The notes beneath the pieces are model-generated. The model had not been told where the DNA came from and made no database searches. It worked only from the letters and a program-made list of their open reading frames with translations. Of a stretch of DNA of 64,000 nt, positions 10,528-20,360 are shown piece after piece; the stretch's first letter is position 1, and each line of letters starts with the position of its first letter. A program made the position numbers and the translations under genes. The stretch is from Candidatus Poribacteria bacterium. Lineage in GTDB: Bacteria; Poribacteria; WGA-4E; PCPOR2b. Where the stretch lies: positions 2,976,001 to 3,040,000 of the forward strand of contig OZ244587.1 in NCBI GenBank assembly GCA_965218095.1. The letters run 5' to 3'.

Positions 10528-11634
10528 ATGAATCACAGACAACTTGCGTTAGCAGATTTTAACCGTGCTGCAAATCATTATCAGCAAGCGTGTTATGCCC
10601 AGGCCATTCAGCATTATCTGGCAGGCTTAAAAATTGATCCGATGTGGGTGGAAGTGTACGCGGATCTCGCAAAGGCGTATGAAATGCTTGGTTACTGGAA
10701 TCAAGCGCTTGAGGCGTTAGAAGTTGCCCTGCGGCTGCGTCCCGGTTATCCAACGGCTCTACGCCGAAAAAAACGTATTCTCGAAGAAAAAAGAGTCTAT
10801 GATGCGCTAATCGATGAACTGGACGTAGATCTAGATGCTTCCGATATACGATTTCCGTTTCAACATCAGCTAGCCGATTCCCTCATATATGTCGCCCCGA
10901 AAATCGAACGCGAGTTTTTCACACTTGCCTGCACAGATACAATCTCTCAGAAACTGCTATTGGTGGTATGCCAACTGATTGAACACACCTATCACGAAGT
11001 TGGCGAAATTTTTCAGTGCTACCCACAACACAGGGTTCCGGTTTTAATTGAAGTTATCGATCAAAACGAGACTTCGCAGGCTGGCATTCCGGCTCTCAGA
11101 GCGAAATGTTCAATTGGAGTTATACCCGACGCATCGCTTTCAGATCCTTCTCTCCCACTTTGGGCTGCGGCATGCTATTATAAGGGCAGGATTCGGGTTG
11201 CCTACCGTCCTTATAGTAATTCAGGCTTCGGCGTTTTATATTCAGTCCTCCGCCACGAGTGGGTACACTTGCTTGTTGATTTGCTCACGCGGGGACGGTG
11301 CGCGAACTGGCTTGATGAGGGACTTGCGCAGCTTATCGCACGTCCACTGATAAATTCTGAGAAAGCGCTGCTGCGGCGGGCAAGTCAGAACGAGCAACTT
11401 CTCCCTTTTCATCAACTGCAAAAGCCGTTTAGCCAGGTCCCAGCGAAGCAACGCTGTTTAGCCTACCTTCAGTCTCGTGCAACAGCCGAATACCTTGTAC
11501 AACGGTTCGGTTTTTCTGACATCCGCGATTTTTTCAAACAAATCGGCACCGGGGAACCACTAAATGTCGCATTTCGAGGGATTTTTGGGAAAACGGAGGA
11601 AGAAATTCTAGTAGCTTGGAGAATGGCAATGTAG
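10528..11634 (+). CDS. TPR protein with C-terminal peptidase MA-like (gluzincin) domain
   Basis: N-terminal TPRs; LRHEWVH (HExxH) followed by NWLDEGLA; AYLQS. Start uncertain (ORF open from 10420). Confidence 0.8.
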   Translation: MNHRQLALADFNRAANHYQQACYAQAIQHYLAGLKIDPMWVEVYADLAKAYEMLGYWNQALEALEVALRLRPGYPTALRRKKRILEEKRVYDALIDELDVDLDASDIRFPFQHQLADSLIYVAPKIEREFFTLACTDTISQKLLLVVCQLIEHTYHEVGEIFQCYPQHRVPVLIEVIDQNETSQAGIPALRAKCSIGVIPDASLSDPSLPLWAAACYYKGRIRVAYRPYSNSGFGVLYSVLRHEWVHLLVDLLTRGRCANWLDEGLAQLIARPLINSEKALLRRASQNEQLLPFHQLQKPFSQVPAKQRCLAYLQSRATAEYLVQRFGFSDIRDFFKQIGTGEPLNVAFRGIFGKTEEEILVAWRMAM

Positions 11635-11639
11635 TATTC

Positions 11640-11751
11640 TGTCACATGACATTTGACGGGTTGTCATTCTGAGCCGAAGCCGAAGAATCTCGTTTTTTGA
11701 GATGCTTCGTTTCACTCAGTCTGACATGTACTCGTCAATTTAAGCGTGACA
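11640..11751. repeat. REP-like palindrome inside a MITE-like inverted repeat
   Basis: Inner GTCATTCTGAGCCGAAGCCGAAGAATCTC...GAGATGCTTCGTTTCACTCAGTCTGAC; outer TGTCAC...TTGACG / CGTCAA...GTGACA. Confidence 0.7.
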
Positions 11752-11836
11752 AGGTAACGGGTAATGAGACGCATAGGACGTGACCAAGCTACATCTAGTT
11801 CTCTCCGTGTCGGTTCACCGTTCACGAGGGTTGATC

Positions 11837-12331
11837 ATGGGAAAGCTCGATATTGCGATGGTGGTTTTTGTTGGTTTAGGCGGCTTAGGCTGTTTTCGGA
11901 TCGGTTTTACACGTAGCGTTTGGGGCATTGCTGCCATGTTCTCCGGTGTTCTTGCAGCAAGCCAACTATGGCGAGATATCGCATTAATCCTGCAACGTTT
12001 CATTAATCACGAAAGTCTCGCCAAATGGGCAAGCATTGTCGCTATCGCAGTCAGTGTGAGCATCATTATGGATGTGATCTTTGAACGGATTCAAAAAATC
12101 ATAGACCGGGGGATTTTAGGTTGGATCAATCATGCTGTTGGGGGCGCTTTCGGGGTCGTGTCGAGCAGCATTTTGATTGGTTGTCTTCTGTTGTTGTTGG
12201 ATCGTTATGGCGGAGAAACGTCTAAGGAAGCGATTGCTAATTCCCGTTTCGCCGCCCCAATTTTAGAGTTTACCCACCAGGTTTTCGACTTCGGAAAAGA
12301 GGTTGTTAAAGAACAGGTGAATAAGCTATAA
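11837..12331 (+). CDS. CvpA family membrane protein
   Basis: LDIAMVVF...GFTRS, four TM segments, GWINHAVGGAFG, ANSRFAP. Confidence 0.85.
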   Translation: MGKLDIAMVVFVGLGGLGCFRIGFTRSVWGIAAMFSGVLAASQLWRDIALILQRFINHESLAKWASIVAIAVSVSIIMDVIFERIQKIIDRGILGWINHAVGGAFGVVSSSILIGCLLLLLDRYGGETSKEAIANSRFAAPILEFTHQVFDFGKEVVKEQVNKL

Positions 12332-12355
12332 CTACGCATTAAGCTGCATTCTTAA

Positions 12356-13303
12356 ATGAAATTACGCCGCTTTTTACTCTCTTACTGCTGCTCCCTTTGT
12401 CTCTTGCCATTTACTTCTCCCACCGTATATTCACAGAACTTCAACGCGGATAATCTATTGGACTTTGCGCGATTTCTTTTCCGAGAAGGAGACTACCTGA
12501 ATGCCGTACATGAGTATCAACGCTACCTCTTCCTTTATCCGGATGCAGATAGAGGAGATTTCGTTCAACTCCATATCGCCGCAGCTTATCAGAACGCGGG
12601 AAGACTGAGTGCGGCAATAGAAGCCTATCGATCGCTAATCGAGATCTATCCAGAAAGCCCATTCATTGAACGCGCTCGATCCAACATTGCACAATGCCAG
12701 CTTCTGCAAGGCAATCAAGCCACAGCCATTGCGTCATTGCGGCAATTCCTATCAGACTATCCTGAAAGTGAGTTAGCTCCTCGTGCACAGTTTCTCATTG
12801 CAACTATCCACATGGATGGGAAGGATTGGGTGGGTGCGGCGCGGGAGTGGCAGCAGGTGCAAATCAAATATCCGCAAACACCCTTTAGTGAAATAAGTGA
12901 TCGGCTTGTACACATGGTACAACGCGGCGAATCCATGCCCCGGCGTTCTCCAATCACCGCCGGTTTGCTCTCGACATTTGTGCCGGGGCTTGGGCAGATT
13001 TACAGTGGGCGGTTTTCGGATGGACTTCATTCGCTTTTAGTTGTTGGCGGGGCGGGTGGCGGAATTGTGTATTACATCGATCAGGAACGCTATGAAGTTG
13101 CGATTCCATTGGGTATAATCGGGCTATTTTTTTATATCAGTAATATCTATAGTGGCGTGCAGTCTGCGAAGGTGTTTAATCAGCAACAGGAGAGTCATTT
13201 TCTAGGTGGGCTCCGAACACAGATTTACGAATCGGATCTGTTCGGCGCTTTGGATCAACAATCAACAGATATGCCACTTGTATTTTGGCACTCGCGTTTT
13301 TAG
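12356..13303 (+). CDS. Secreted TPR (BamD/YbgF-like) protein with C-terminal TM2-like segment
   Basis: Signal peptide, repeated YPxS TPR motifs, AGLLSTFVPGLGQIYSG. Confidence 0.8.
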   Translation: MKLRRFLLSYCCSLCLLPFTSPTVYSQNFNADNLLDFARFLFREGDYLNAVHEYQRYLFLYPDADRGDFVQLHIAAAYQNAGRLSAAIEAYRSLIEIYPESPFIERARSNIAQCQLLQGNQATAIASLRQFLSDYPESELAPRAQFLIATIHMDGKDWVGAAREWQQVQIKYPQTPFSEISDRLVHMVQRGESMPRRSPITAGLLSTFVPGLGQIYSGRFSDGLHSLLVVGGAGGGIVYYIDQERYEVAIPLGIIGLFFYISNIYSGVQSAKVFNQQQESHFLGGLRTQIYESDLFGALDQQSTDMPLVFWHSRF

Positions 13304-13358
13304 AAGCCGCGAATGTGGGAATTTCCAAATCAACGAATCTTGTTTCGCCCATTCACCC

Positions 13359-14276
13359 ATGCTCCCTTACCTCTTAATTTTCATTCTTGCTACCGGTCAA
13401 CCGCAATCCGCCGAACGTCAACTACTATACGCCGAACACCTTTTCGACCAGCAGGCTTATCCCTCCGCAATCCTCGAATACAAGCGATTCCTTTCTTATC
13501 ACCCTGGCGCCGATCGATCTGACTTTGTGCGTTTCCGTATTGCCCAGAGCCACTATTATCAGGAAGAGCGAGAGCTTGCTCGGCGAATGTTCAAGGAATT
13601 TACGGACATTTACCCTAACTCCCCGCTTTACCTCCATGCGCAACTGATGCTGGGCAAAACCTACTTTAATACCGAAGATTACTCAACTGCCCAAGCCGTC
13701 TTTTTTCAGATCGTCAATGCAGACGGGGATGATCGAGTAGCAGCGCAGGCGCAATATCTACGGAGTTGGTGCTATATCCACGAACCAAATTGGCTCAAAG
13801 CGATAGCAGAATTCCGAAAAGTTCAACAGTTTCAATCCAATTCCCCTCTAAGTCAGCTTTCCACTCAGCTTGCTGACAGAACGTTAGCGAACACGCCTTT
13901 ACCTATCAAGTCCCCCAAACTGGCTCAATGGCTGTCCACCTTTCTTCCCGGATCTGGGCAAATCTATGCCGGCAAGGTGGGAAACGGACTTATCTCTACT
14001 GTCATTAACGCTGCTTTCTTCTATCTATTGGTGGATTCGATCCGTGAAGAGCGTTACGTGGATTCGGTGGGGATTTATCTGATAGGTTCGCGCTTCTATT
14101 GGGGAAATCGGTTAGACGCGAAAAAGTGGGCAGTTGAACATAACCGCAGGCTTGAGGAAGATCTGATCCGGCAATTGAAGCGACAAGCGGAGGGCATCGA
14201 ACAGATTCCGTCTCTCCCAGAGGCGAGAAACACGAGTATGATACCAAGGAGACGTAATACGTACGGGGAATACTGA
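13359..14276 (+). CDS. Paralogous secreted TPR protein with TM2-like segment
   Basis: Same architecture as upstream gene (AILEYKRFL, YPNS, LSTFLPGSGQIYAG). Confidence 0.8.
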   Translation: MLPYLLIFILATGQPQSAERQLLYAEHLFDQQAYPSAILEYKRFLSYHPGADRSDFVRFRIAQSHYYQEERELARRMFKEFTDIYPNSPLYLHAQLMLGKTYFNTEDYSTAQAVFFQIVNADGDDRVAAQAQYLRSWCYIHEPNWLKAIAEFRKVQQFQSNSPLSQLSTQLADRTLANTPLPIKSPKLAQWLSTFLPGSGQIYAGKVGNGLISTVINAAFFYLLVDSIREERYVDSVGIYLIGSRFYWGNRLDAKKWAVEHNRRLEEDLIRQLKRQAEGIEQIPSLPEARNTSMIPRRRNTYGEY

Positions 14277-14317
14277 CATATTATTCATCACTCTCCTTGT
14301 TGCACACACTTCCGCCC

Positions 14318-15574
14318 TCATCCCAGCGCCGCATCAACTTTATTGATCGCCGCAGCTATCAATCGGGCATGGTCTTCCTGCATGTTGACATTGAACCCAA
14401 ACCGCAAGGCTCTACCCAAGATTGAAAGGGTCTGCGGGCACATATCCCGTGAATACTCAACGTTTCCCTTGTAGGCCGGATCTTTCCACGGATAACCCGA
14501 TGGGTGGTGGGAGTGCTTAAACAGAATCGAATCCCAGTAATAGTAGATGTGACGGTCTGGAAATCCCTCGTTGTACGCCGTGCCTGCATTCAGTCCTTCC
14601 GCCTTGAGCGCCTCGGCGTATTTCGGGGCGAGCTCCGGATCTTTAATGATAATCGCGGCACTGATGCCGCATTCGCCTTCCGGATCATCGACATGCTGTC
14701 GGATATACCCTTTCGGTGCATCCAACTCTGCCAGGAACGCCTTTTTCAGCCGACGGGTATGGCCCAAGATGTCCCCAAGTTTTGAAAGTTGCACCCGCGC
14801 AATTGTCCCCATGATTTCGCTCGGACGATAGCCTTGACGCGAGAACGGTGGATTTTGCCACTCCTTATCGCTCATCCACATCGGCATCGCCGCATCGCTG
14901 GCGAAGGCAGTGCGTTCATATACGTCGTAGTCATTCGTAAACACCATGCCCCCTTCGCCGCAGCTAATCACCTTATAGTAGTTTAGACTCCACGCGCCGA
15001 CCTCCCCCCATGTTCCGGTATATGCGCCTTTATACTGTCCGCCGACACACTGACAACAATCTTCGACCACTTTGAGGTTATGTCGCCGGGCGAGCGCGAT
15101 TAGGTCATCAAGGCGACACGGCACCCCTTGCATGTGGACAGGAAGAATTGCCTTCGTGTATGGGGTAATCTTCCGTTCAACATCAGCGGGGTCCATGCCG
15201 AGCGATTCGTCAATTTCGGCGATTACCGGCACTGCCCCCGCACCAACAACCGCTGCTGCTGTTGCGATAAAGGTGTAGCCCGGAACAATCACTTCGTCAC
15301 CTGGACCGACGCCAATCGCTGTCAGCGCACAGATCAGTGCACTCGTACCAGAATTGACCATCAGCGCGTGATTCACGCCGAGTAATGCCGCAGCTTCTTT
15401 TTCAAATGCAGCCACATGAGAATTCTCAACAAACCGGAACAGCTTGCCGCTTCGCAACACCTTAGTGACCACGTTTATCTCCCGGTCATCAATAGCGCTT
15501 GGACCATGTGTGCCGCTGGGAATGGGCTCCGCAATAACCGGCGTTCCACCATCAATTGCTAATCGATCTGCCAT
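14318..15574 (-). CDS. DegT/DnrJ/EryC1/StrS PLP aminotransferase
   Basis: NSGTSAL, GPGDEVIVPGYTFIAT, VEDCCQ, SLNYYK (PLP lysine), GEGG. Confidence 0.92.
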   Translation of the reverse strand: MADRLAIDGGTPVIAEPIPSGTHGPSAIDDREINVVTKVLRSGKLFRFVENSHVAAFEKEAAALLGVNHALMVNSGTSALICALTAIGVGPGDEVIVPGYTFIATAAAVVGAGAVPVIAEIDESLGMDPADVERKITPYTKAILPVHMQGVPCRLDDLIALARRHNLKVVEDCCQCVGGQYKGAYTGTWGEVGAWSLNYYKVISCGEGGMVFTNDYDVYERTAFASDAAMPMWMSDKEWQNPPFSRQGYRPSEIMGTIARVQLSKLGDILGHTRRLKKAFLAELDAPKGYIRQHVDDPEGECGISAAIIIKDPELAPKYAEALKAEGLNAGTAYNEGFPDRHIYYYWDSILFKHSHHPSGYPWKDPAYKGNVEYSRDMCPQTLSILGRALRFGFNVNMQEDHARLIAAAINKVDAALG

Positions 15575-15865
15575 CTTTTCCTCCAAAGCTTCCGTTTCTG
15601 ATATTCGTTGTCCTTGCCCCCTCTCGGGGCTTGAAAACTATATCACAGAGCACGTTCTCTGTCAACAGTTGTTTTGTTCGCACCCGGAACGTGGCGGCTG
15701 CAAGAAGATATCCGATCTTATACCGAATTAATCAGTATTAGAGCTATAGGGTTCGGCAATCATCTCACCGAATAGGATGGAGTTGGAGGCAAAAATGAAC
15801 TTTACAACACACAACAGCGAGTATATAATAAGTGACGATTGCCAGCACTCAAATTTGGAGGCACC

Positions 15866-15943
15866 ATGCTAACAGATCAAGAGTTACAGCCACTGATGAC
15901 CGATACAGAATCAGAAGGAACTGGAACTTCTCATTTGGGATGA
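15866..15943 (+). pseudogene. Stub resembling the N-terminus of AlbA_2/Schlafen-domain proteins
   Basis: GGAGG RBS then MLTDQELQPLMTDTESE; TATAAT upstream; stops after 25 codons. Confidence 0.35.
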
Positions 15944-15950
15944 TCAATCT

Positions 15951-16706
15951 ATGCCGAATCTACGTTTTGCCGCGCCGAAAGAATGGCGAGTGGCGGTGAT
16001 TACCGGCGGAAGTCGAGGAATCGGCGGCGCGTGTGCCCTTCGGATCGCGGAAGAGGGGCGGGATATTGTCATCGCGGATATTCTTGAAGAAGAGGCCGCC
16101 AGTGTGGTCAAAGAGATTGAACAGATTGGGCAGCGCGCGCTGTTTATAAAAACAGACGTGACTGATTCTGCTGCCGTTCAATCAATGGTCGATCAAACGG
16201 TGGAAACCTTCGGACGTCTGGACATTCTCGTCTGCTGCGCCGGGATTTTGGGCCTGGAAGCACCGTTCCATGAACAATCCGTCGAGCAGTTTGATAAAGT
16301 CATGCGGATTAATATCTACGGCGTTTACCACGCACATCAGGCAGCGATCCCTCATATGTTGGCGCGAAGCTGGGGGCGGTGTGTGACAATCTCCTCCGGA
16401 GCACGCCGAGGCGCAACGAATCAGGTCCCGTATGGCGTCTCTAAGGGAGCGGTCTACTCGTTTATCGGTGCGCTTGGCAATGCCTATTCCAAACAGGGGG
16501 TGTTCGTGAATGGCGTGGAGCCGGGACGTGCGCTTACGGAGATGGTTGTCCCACGCTTTTCCGCTGAACATCTCGCCAATCCGGGAACGCCGATCGGACG
16601 GTACTCAGACCCGGAGGAGCTGGCCGAAGTCATTGAGTTTCTCTGCTCGGAGCGCAACACCTACGTTACCGGCGCTGTCTGGAATGTGAAGGGAGCAACA
16701 GGATAG
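15951..16706 (+). CDS. SDR family oxidoreductase
   Basis: TGGSRGIG, LDILVCCAG, YGVSK catalytic motif. Confidence 0.92.
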   Translation: MPNLRFAAPKEWRVAVITGGSRGIGGACALRIAEEGRDIVIADILEEEAASVVKEIEQIGQRALFIKTDVTDSAAVQSMVDQTVETFGRLDILVCCAGILGLEAPFHEQSVEQFDKVMRINIYGVYHAHQAAIPHMLARSWGRCVTISSGARRGATNQVPYGVSKGAVYSFIGALGNAYSKQGVFVNGVEPGRALTEMVVPRFSAEHLANPGTPIGRYSDPEELAEVIEFLCSERNTYVTGAVWNVKGATG

Positions 16707-16758
16707 ATCATTGATCAACGCAATTGACCATCAATAACATCAGGAGGAACAAGCGGGA

Positions 16759-17568
16759 ATGCGTGATGAACTCACAGAGAAACAGGTCGAATTCTACCGA
16801 ACCAACGGTTTTCTGGTAATCGAGGACTTTCTCGATGCCAGCGAGTTAGAGGAATGGCGTCGATGTACCGAGGAGTCCGTTGCAGAGCGTCTGGGAGGTG
16901 CCGTGAATTTTTTGACGAATCAGATACAGTCAGATGCTTTTTACGCGAGGGTCTTTACACAATGCTTACGGCTTGCGGATACGCACGAAGGCATGCACCA
17001 ACTCATCTGCGATCCGCGGATCGGGCGGATGGCTGCGACGTTGGCGGGCGTAGAAGGCATCCGAATCTGGCATGACCAAGCGTTGATTAAGCCGCCTCAC
17101 GGGAATCCGACTGCCTGGCATCTCGATGTACCCTATTGGTCGTTTGACTCCCGTGATGCCCTATCTTTGTGGATGGCACTAGACGAAGCGACACTTGCCA
17201 ACGGATGCCTCTGGTATCTGCCTGGCGTGCACCGACTTGCACGATTCGAGAATGTCGGCATTGGACAGAACTTGGGTGGATTGTTCAAAGTATATCCCAA
17301 ATGGCGAGGAATTGAGCCACAGGCGTGCCCATGCCCCGCCGGGTCAATTGTCTGGCATAATGGCCTCATTGCCCACGCCGCCGGTGCGAACATGACAATT
17401 CGAGCGCGACGCGCGATGACATGCGCCTTTATGCCCGATGGTTCAACGTTTAACGGCAAGCAGAACATCCTGCCGGATGACTATTTTAATTCGCTAACGA
17501 TTGGTGATTTACTAAACAACGCGCAACAAAACGCGCTGATCTGGCATAACTCATGGGTTGCCCAGTAA
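16759..17568 (+). CDS. Phytanoyl-CoA dioxygenase (PhyH) family protein
   Basis: FYRTNGFLVIE, AWHLD (HxD), NGCL, distal H in IAHAAGAN, RRA. Confidence 0.92.
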   Translation: MRDELTEKQVEFYRTNGFLVIEDFLDASELEEWRRCTEESVAERLGGAVNFLTNQIQSDAFYARVFTQCLRLADTHEGMHQLICDPRIGRMAATLAGVEGIRIWHDQALIKPPHGNPTAWHLDVPYWSFDSRDALSLWMALDEATLANGCLWYLPGVHRLARFENVGIGQNLGGLFKVYPKWRGIEPQACPCPAGSIVWHNGLIAHAAGANMTIRARRAMTCAFMPDGSTFNGKQNILPDDYFNSLTIGDLLNNAQQNALIWHNSWVAQ

Positions 17569-17617
17569 AACGTGAAACGTAATGCGAACCGCCTTGATTT
17601 ACGTTTGCGCGATGCGA

Positions 17618-18769
17618 TTATGAAATCAATACCGTAGGTGGATTGATAAAATCGTGATATTTTTGTACCACTTTACCCGTCGAAGCGTCGCCGGCGTGGA
17701 TGAGTACGCGGAAACGGAAATTCATCTCCTCACCACTTTTCAGCGTGTAAGAACCATCTTTGCTGCAGTTGCCTTCAAAAGTGCCGGTCCCGAAAATGTT
17801 TGTCGTCATTAAGCCATAGTTGCGAACATGCCAATATGTCGGATAGCGCGGGTTGGAAATGTGATCAAAGACAGCAATCCCGACGTGTGTTCCCTCGACG
17901 ATCCCAGAGTAATCACACCAATGGGCACGCACCCCCCATGTTTCGCCTTCGTTAACCCCACCGTAAGCGTTTTCAATCTTTCCGCCATCAGATGCGTTCA
18001 TTGATGGGTTGACGCGAATCGATATAATCCCGCCCTCTTTGGTGTCGCCGAAGTGGACATCTCCCGCGGAAGCGATGAAGGTCAAATCCAGATCGATAAT
18101 GGTCCCTGTCTCAGGGGTGTTGTAGATGCGGAAGTTCTGTCGGTCTGACATCAACTTTTCGCCCGCCTTGTTCACCCAATCGTTTTCAGAATAAATCCTG
18201 CCAACCACCGCTCCTCCACTTTTATTCGTGAAGGATTGATGCACGACTCTGCCAGAATTTTCGCCCTCGCCCCACACATCCACATCGTTGACCTCACCGT
18301 AGGCGACGTATAGCGATCGGTGATGGACGTGGTCGCTGGAGCGCTCACTGGTTTCGCCACGGGTCACAGAACGACCGTCTGGACCCAGCACAGGGAAAAA
18401 GTAAGGACGAAACTGATCTTTGCCATAGCGGAAGGTTGTGAACGCCCTGCCGTCGATTGTCACATCAATGGTATTGCCGTGTTCACTGAACACAACACTA
18501 GCACCGCCTTCAACACCCCCTGATGAGAGGATATATGACCGTTCCTGATGGGCTTTGAGCCCATCCAGAATCCACGAGAGCGTCGCGGTTTTGCCATTGT
18601 TGTTGAGGTCGGCGGGGATGACTGTGCCGCTAGCCTGATCTGTAAGAGTAACCGATTCACCCGCAATCACTTTGGCGTCACGATTATCCACGTCAACGCT
18701 AACGAGACAACCGTCCCGATTGTGTTCACCTGCATTGACTGTAACGGTAATACGATTTTTGTCTGCCAT
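17618..18769 (-). CDS. PmoA-like/DUF6807 family protein
   Basis: RPYFFPV, DHVHHRSL, DTKEGG, WCDYSG, YPTYWHVRNYGL. Confidence 0.75.
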   Translation of the reverse strand: MADKNRITVTVNAGEHNRDGCLVSVDVDNRDAKVIAGESVTLTDQASGTVIPADLNNNGKTATLSWILDGLKAHQERSYILSSGGVEGGASVVFSEHGNTIDVTIDGRAFTTFRYGKDQFRPYFFPVLGPDGRSVTRGETSERSSDHVHHRSLYVAYGEVNDVDVWGEGENSGRVVHQSFTNKSGGAVVGRIYSENDWVNKAGEKLMSDRQNFRIYNTPETGTIIDLDLTFIASAGDVHFGDTKEGGIISIRVNPSMNASDGGKIENAYGGVNEGETWGVRAHWCDYSGIVEGTHVGIAVFDHISNPRYPTYWHVRNYGLMTTNIFGTGTFEGNCSKDGSYTLKSGEEMNFRFRVLIHAGDASTGKVVQKYHDFINPPTVLIS

Positions 18770-18967
18770 ACATATCTCCTTAGAATTTGTTATCAATGTG
18801 CTTTCCGATTATATCATCCCCCTCGTCATTCGGACAACTATCAATCAAGGCCTACTCAAAGCACTTGACAGAAATTAAGACATGCCCAAGCCCCGATAAG
18901 ATCGGGACTAAGAAGCCTTTAGGCTTGGGTCCAACGGGTTAATTTTGCTGCCTTTGAAGGCATTTTG

Positions 18968-19060
18968 TGGTATACTATATCTGCCTTTCTTGTGGGAGAG
19001 TGCTACGCCGACGCCAGTTGGTGTCTCCCACATCCGTTAGCACCGGGCATGAAAGGTAGG
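18968..19060 (+). promoter_or_regulatory. Extended -10 promoter and structured 5' leader of tnpB
   Basis: TGgTATACT at 18968-18976; nested helices and a pseudoknot in 18981-19059. Confidence 0.6.
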
Positions 19061-19067
19061 AAATCCC

Positions 19068-20190
19068 ATGTATACCACAAAGAAAATTAAGGCAACACCT
19101 ACGCCCGAATTAGATACGCTTGCCTGTCAAGCCAGGCGCGTCTATTCCAAAGTGGTGTCATTGATTCGTAAGGTGCATAAGCGCAAAGGCTTTTGGTTGT
19201 CAAAAAACAGTGTGCAGAAGTACTTGCGTTTGTGTGGATACCAGTTGCATTCTCACACGGTGCAAGCCTGCGTTGATAGCTATTTTGATGCGCTGAAAAG
19301 CTATTGGCAAACCAAAAAAGTCAATCCCGATGCCAAGCCTCCGTTTCGCACTCGGCGGTTTTACAAAGTGCGTTGGAAATCAACGGCTATCTCTTTCAAA
19401 GATGGCATTGTGAGACTGTCCAACGGCAAGGGAAGAGCCCACCTCACCTTGAAGTCCGATGCCAAGCCAGTTTATGTAGAAATGTATTTCCAACGGGGTA
19501 GTTACTACTTTTCGCTTGTGTTCAAAACCAAAATGCCTGAGAAAATTCAAACAGGCACCACGGTTGCGGTCGATATGGGTGAAGTTCACCCCATCGTCGA
19601 ACATGATGGTGAGAACACGACAATCTACAATGGCCGCTTCCTACGCTCAATTGTCTAGTACCGTGAAAAAATCAAAGCGCATTTTTCACGCATGATGGAC
19701 AGGTGCAAACAGCGGTCTCACCGTTGGCATAAGCTACGCAAAGCAAAGAACAAAGTGCTCGCCAAACTAGACGCTCAAATCAAGGATGCCGAACACAAAA
19801 TCACGTCACGGTTTATATCCGACTGCCTGAGAGCGAAGGCAGATACGATAGTGATTGGAGACATCAACGGCATCCGAGAGCGAGCGAAGTTCAATAAGAA
19901 GTCGAACCAGAAGATTCACCAATGGGCTTATGCCCGCATCGCAAACATGATTTCCTACAAAGGGGAAATGGCAGGCTTGCATGTTGAGTTTGTGTCTGAA
20001 GCGTATACGTCCCAAACCTGCCCGCGATGCGGAAATCGGAAGAAGCCTGTGAATCGAAATTATCACTGTAAACAGTGTGATTTTGAGTATCATAGAGATG
20101 GCGTAGGTGCAATGAGATGGCGTAGGTGCAATCAATATCTGTAACAAAGTATCGGGGTGGTTCGTCCACCCTGTAGTTGGGGCTATGGCG
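19068..20190 (+). pseudogene. tnpB: RNA-guided endonuclease TnpB, inactivated
   Basis: RuvC-I VAVDMG, RuvC-II region IVIGD, Zn finger TSQTCPRCG...CKQC, HRDGVGA. In-frame TAG at 19656-19658; 19-bp tandem duplication at 20095-20132 shifts the frame just after the RuvC-III Asp. 3' end approximate. Confidence 0.9.
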
Positions 20191-20302
20191 TCCCCCATAG
20201 GTGTTCGGTTTCACTGGCACTTATGTAAGTCCGCTGCATAGCAGTGTTCAAGAATCTCAACGCCTGTAGGCTTGGGAGTACGTCAAAGCATACAGATTTC
20301 CG
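20130..20302 (+). ncRNA. Putative omegaRNA (reRNA) scaffold plus flanking guide
   Basis: Overlaps the tnpB 3' end and right end; hairpins such as GGGGCTATGGCGTCCCC; guide would begin after TCAA (20287). Based on known TnpB biology; limits approximate. Confidence 0.55.
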
Positions 20303-20360
20303 AGTATAGTTGTAGAAGAACAAGGTTATGGACGAAGCCAGTTAAAGGGAAGGAGATCCA

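Larger units (their letters stand above)
18870..20286 (+). mobile_element. IS200/IS605-group tnpB-only element
   Basis: Follows TTGAC (18865-18869, putative TAM); left-end hairpin CCCAAGCC-TTTA-GGCTTGGG (interrupted by an insert); right end GAATCTCAACGCCTGTAGGCTTGGGAGTACGTCAA; no tnpA. Left boundary inferred. Confidence 0.8.

Noticed and set aside
19068-20190. Active TnpB/Cas12 system or domesticated TldR
   Set aside because: In-frame stop plus frameshift, IS ends still present and no array; simplest as a dead IS copy.
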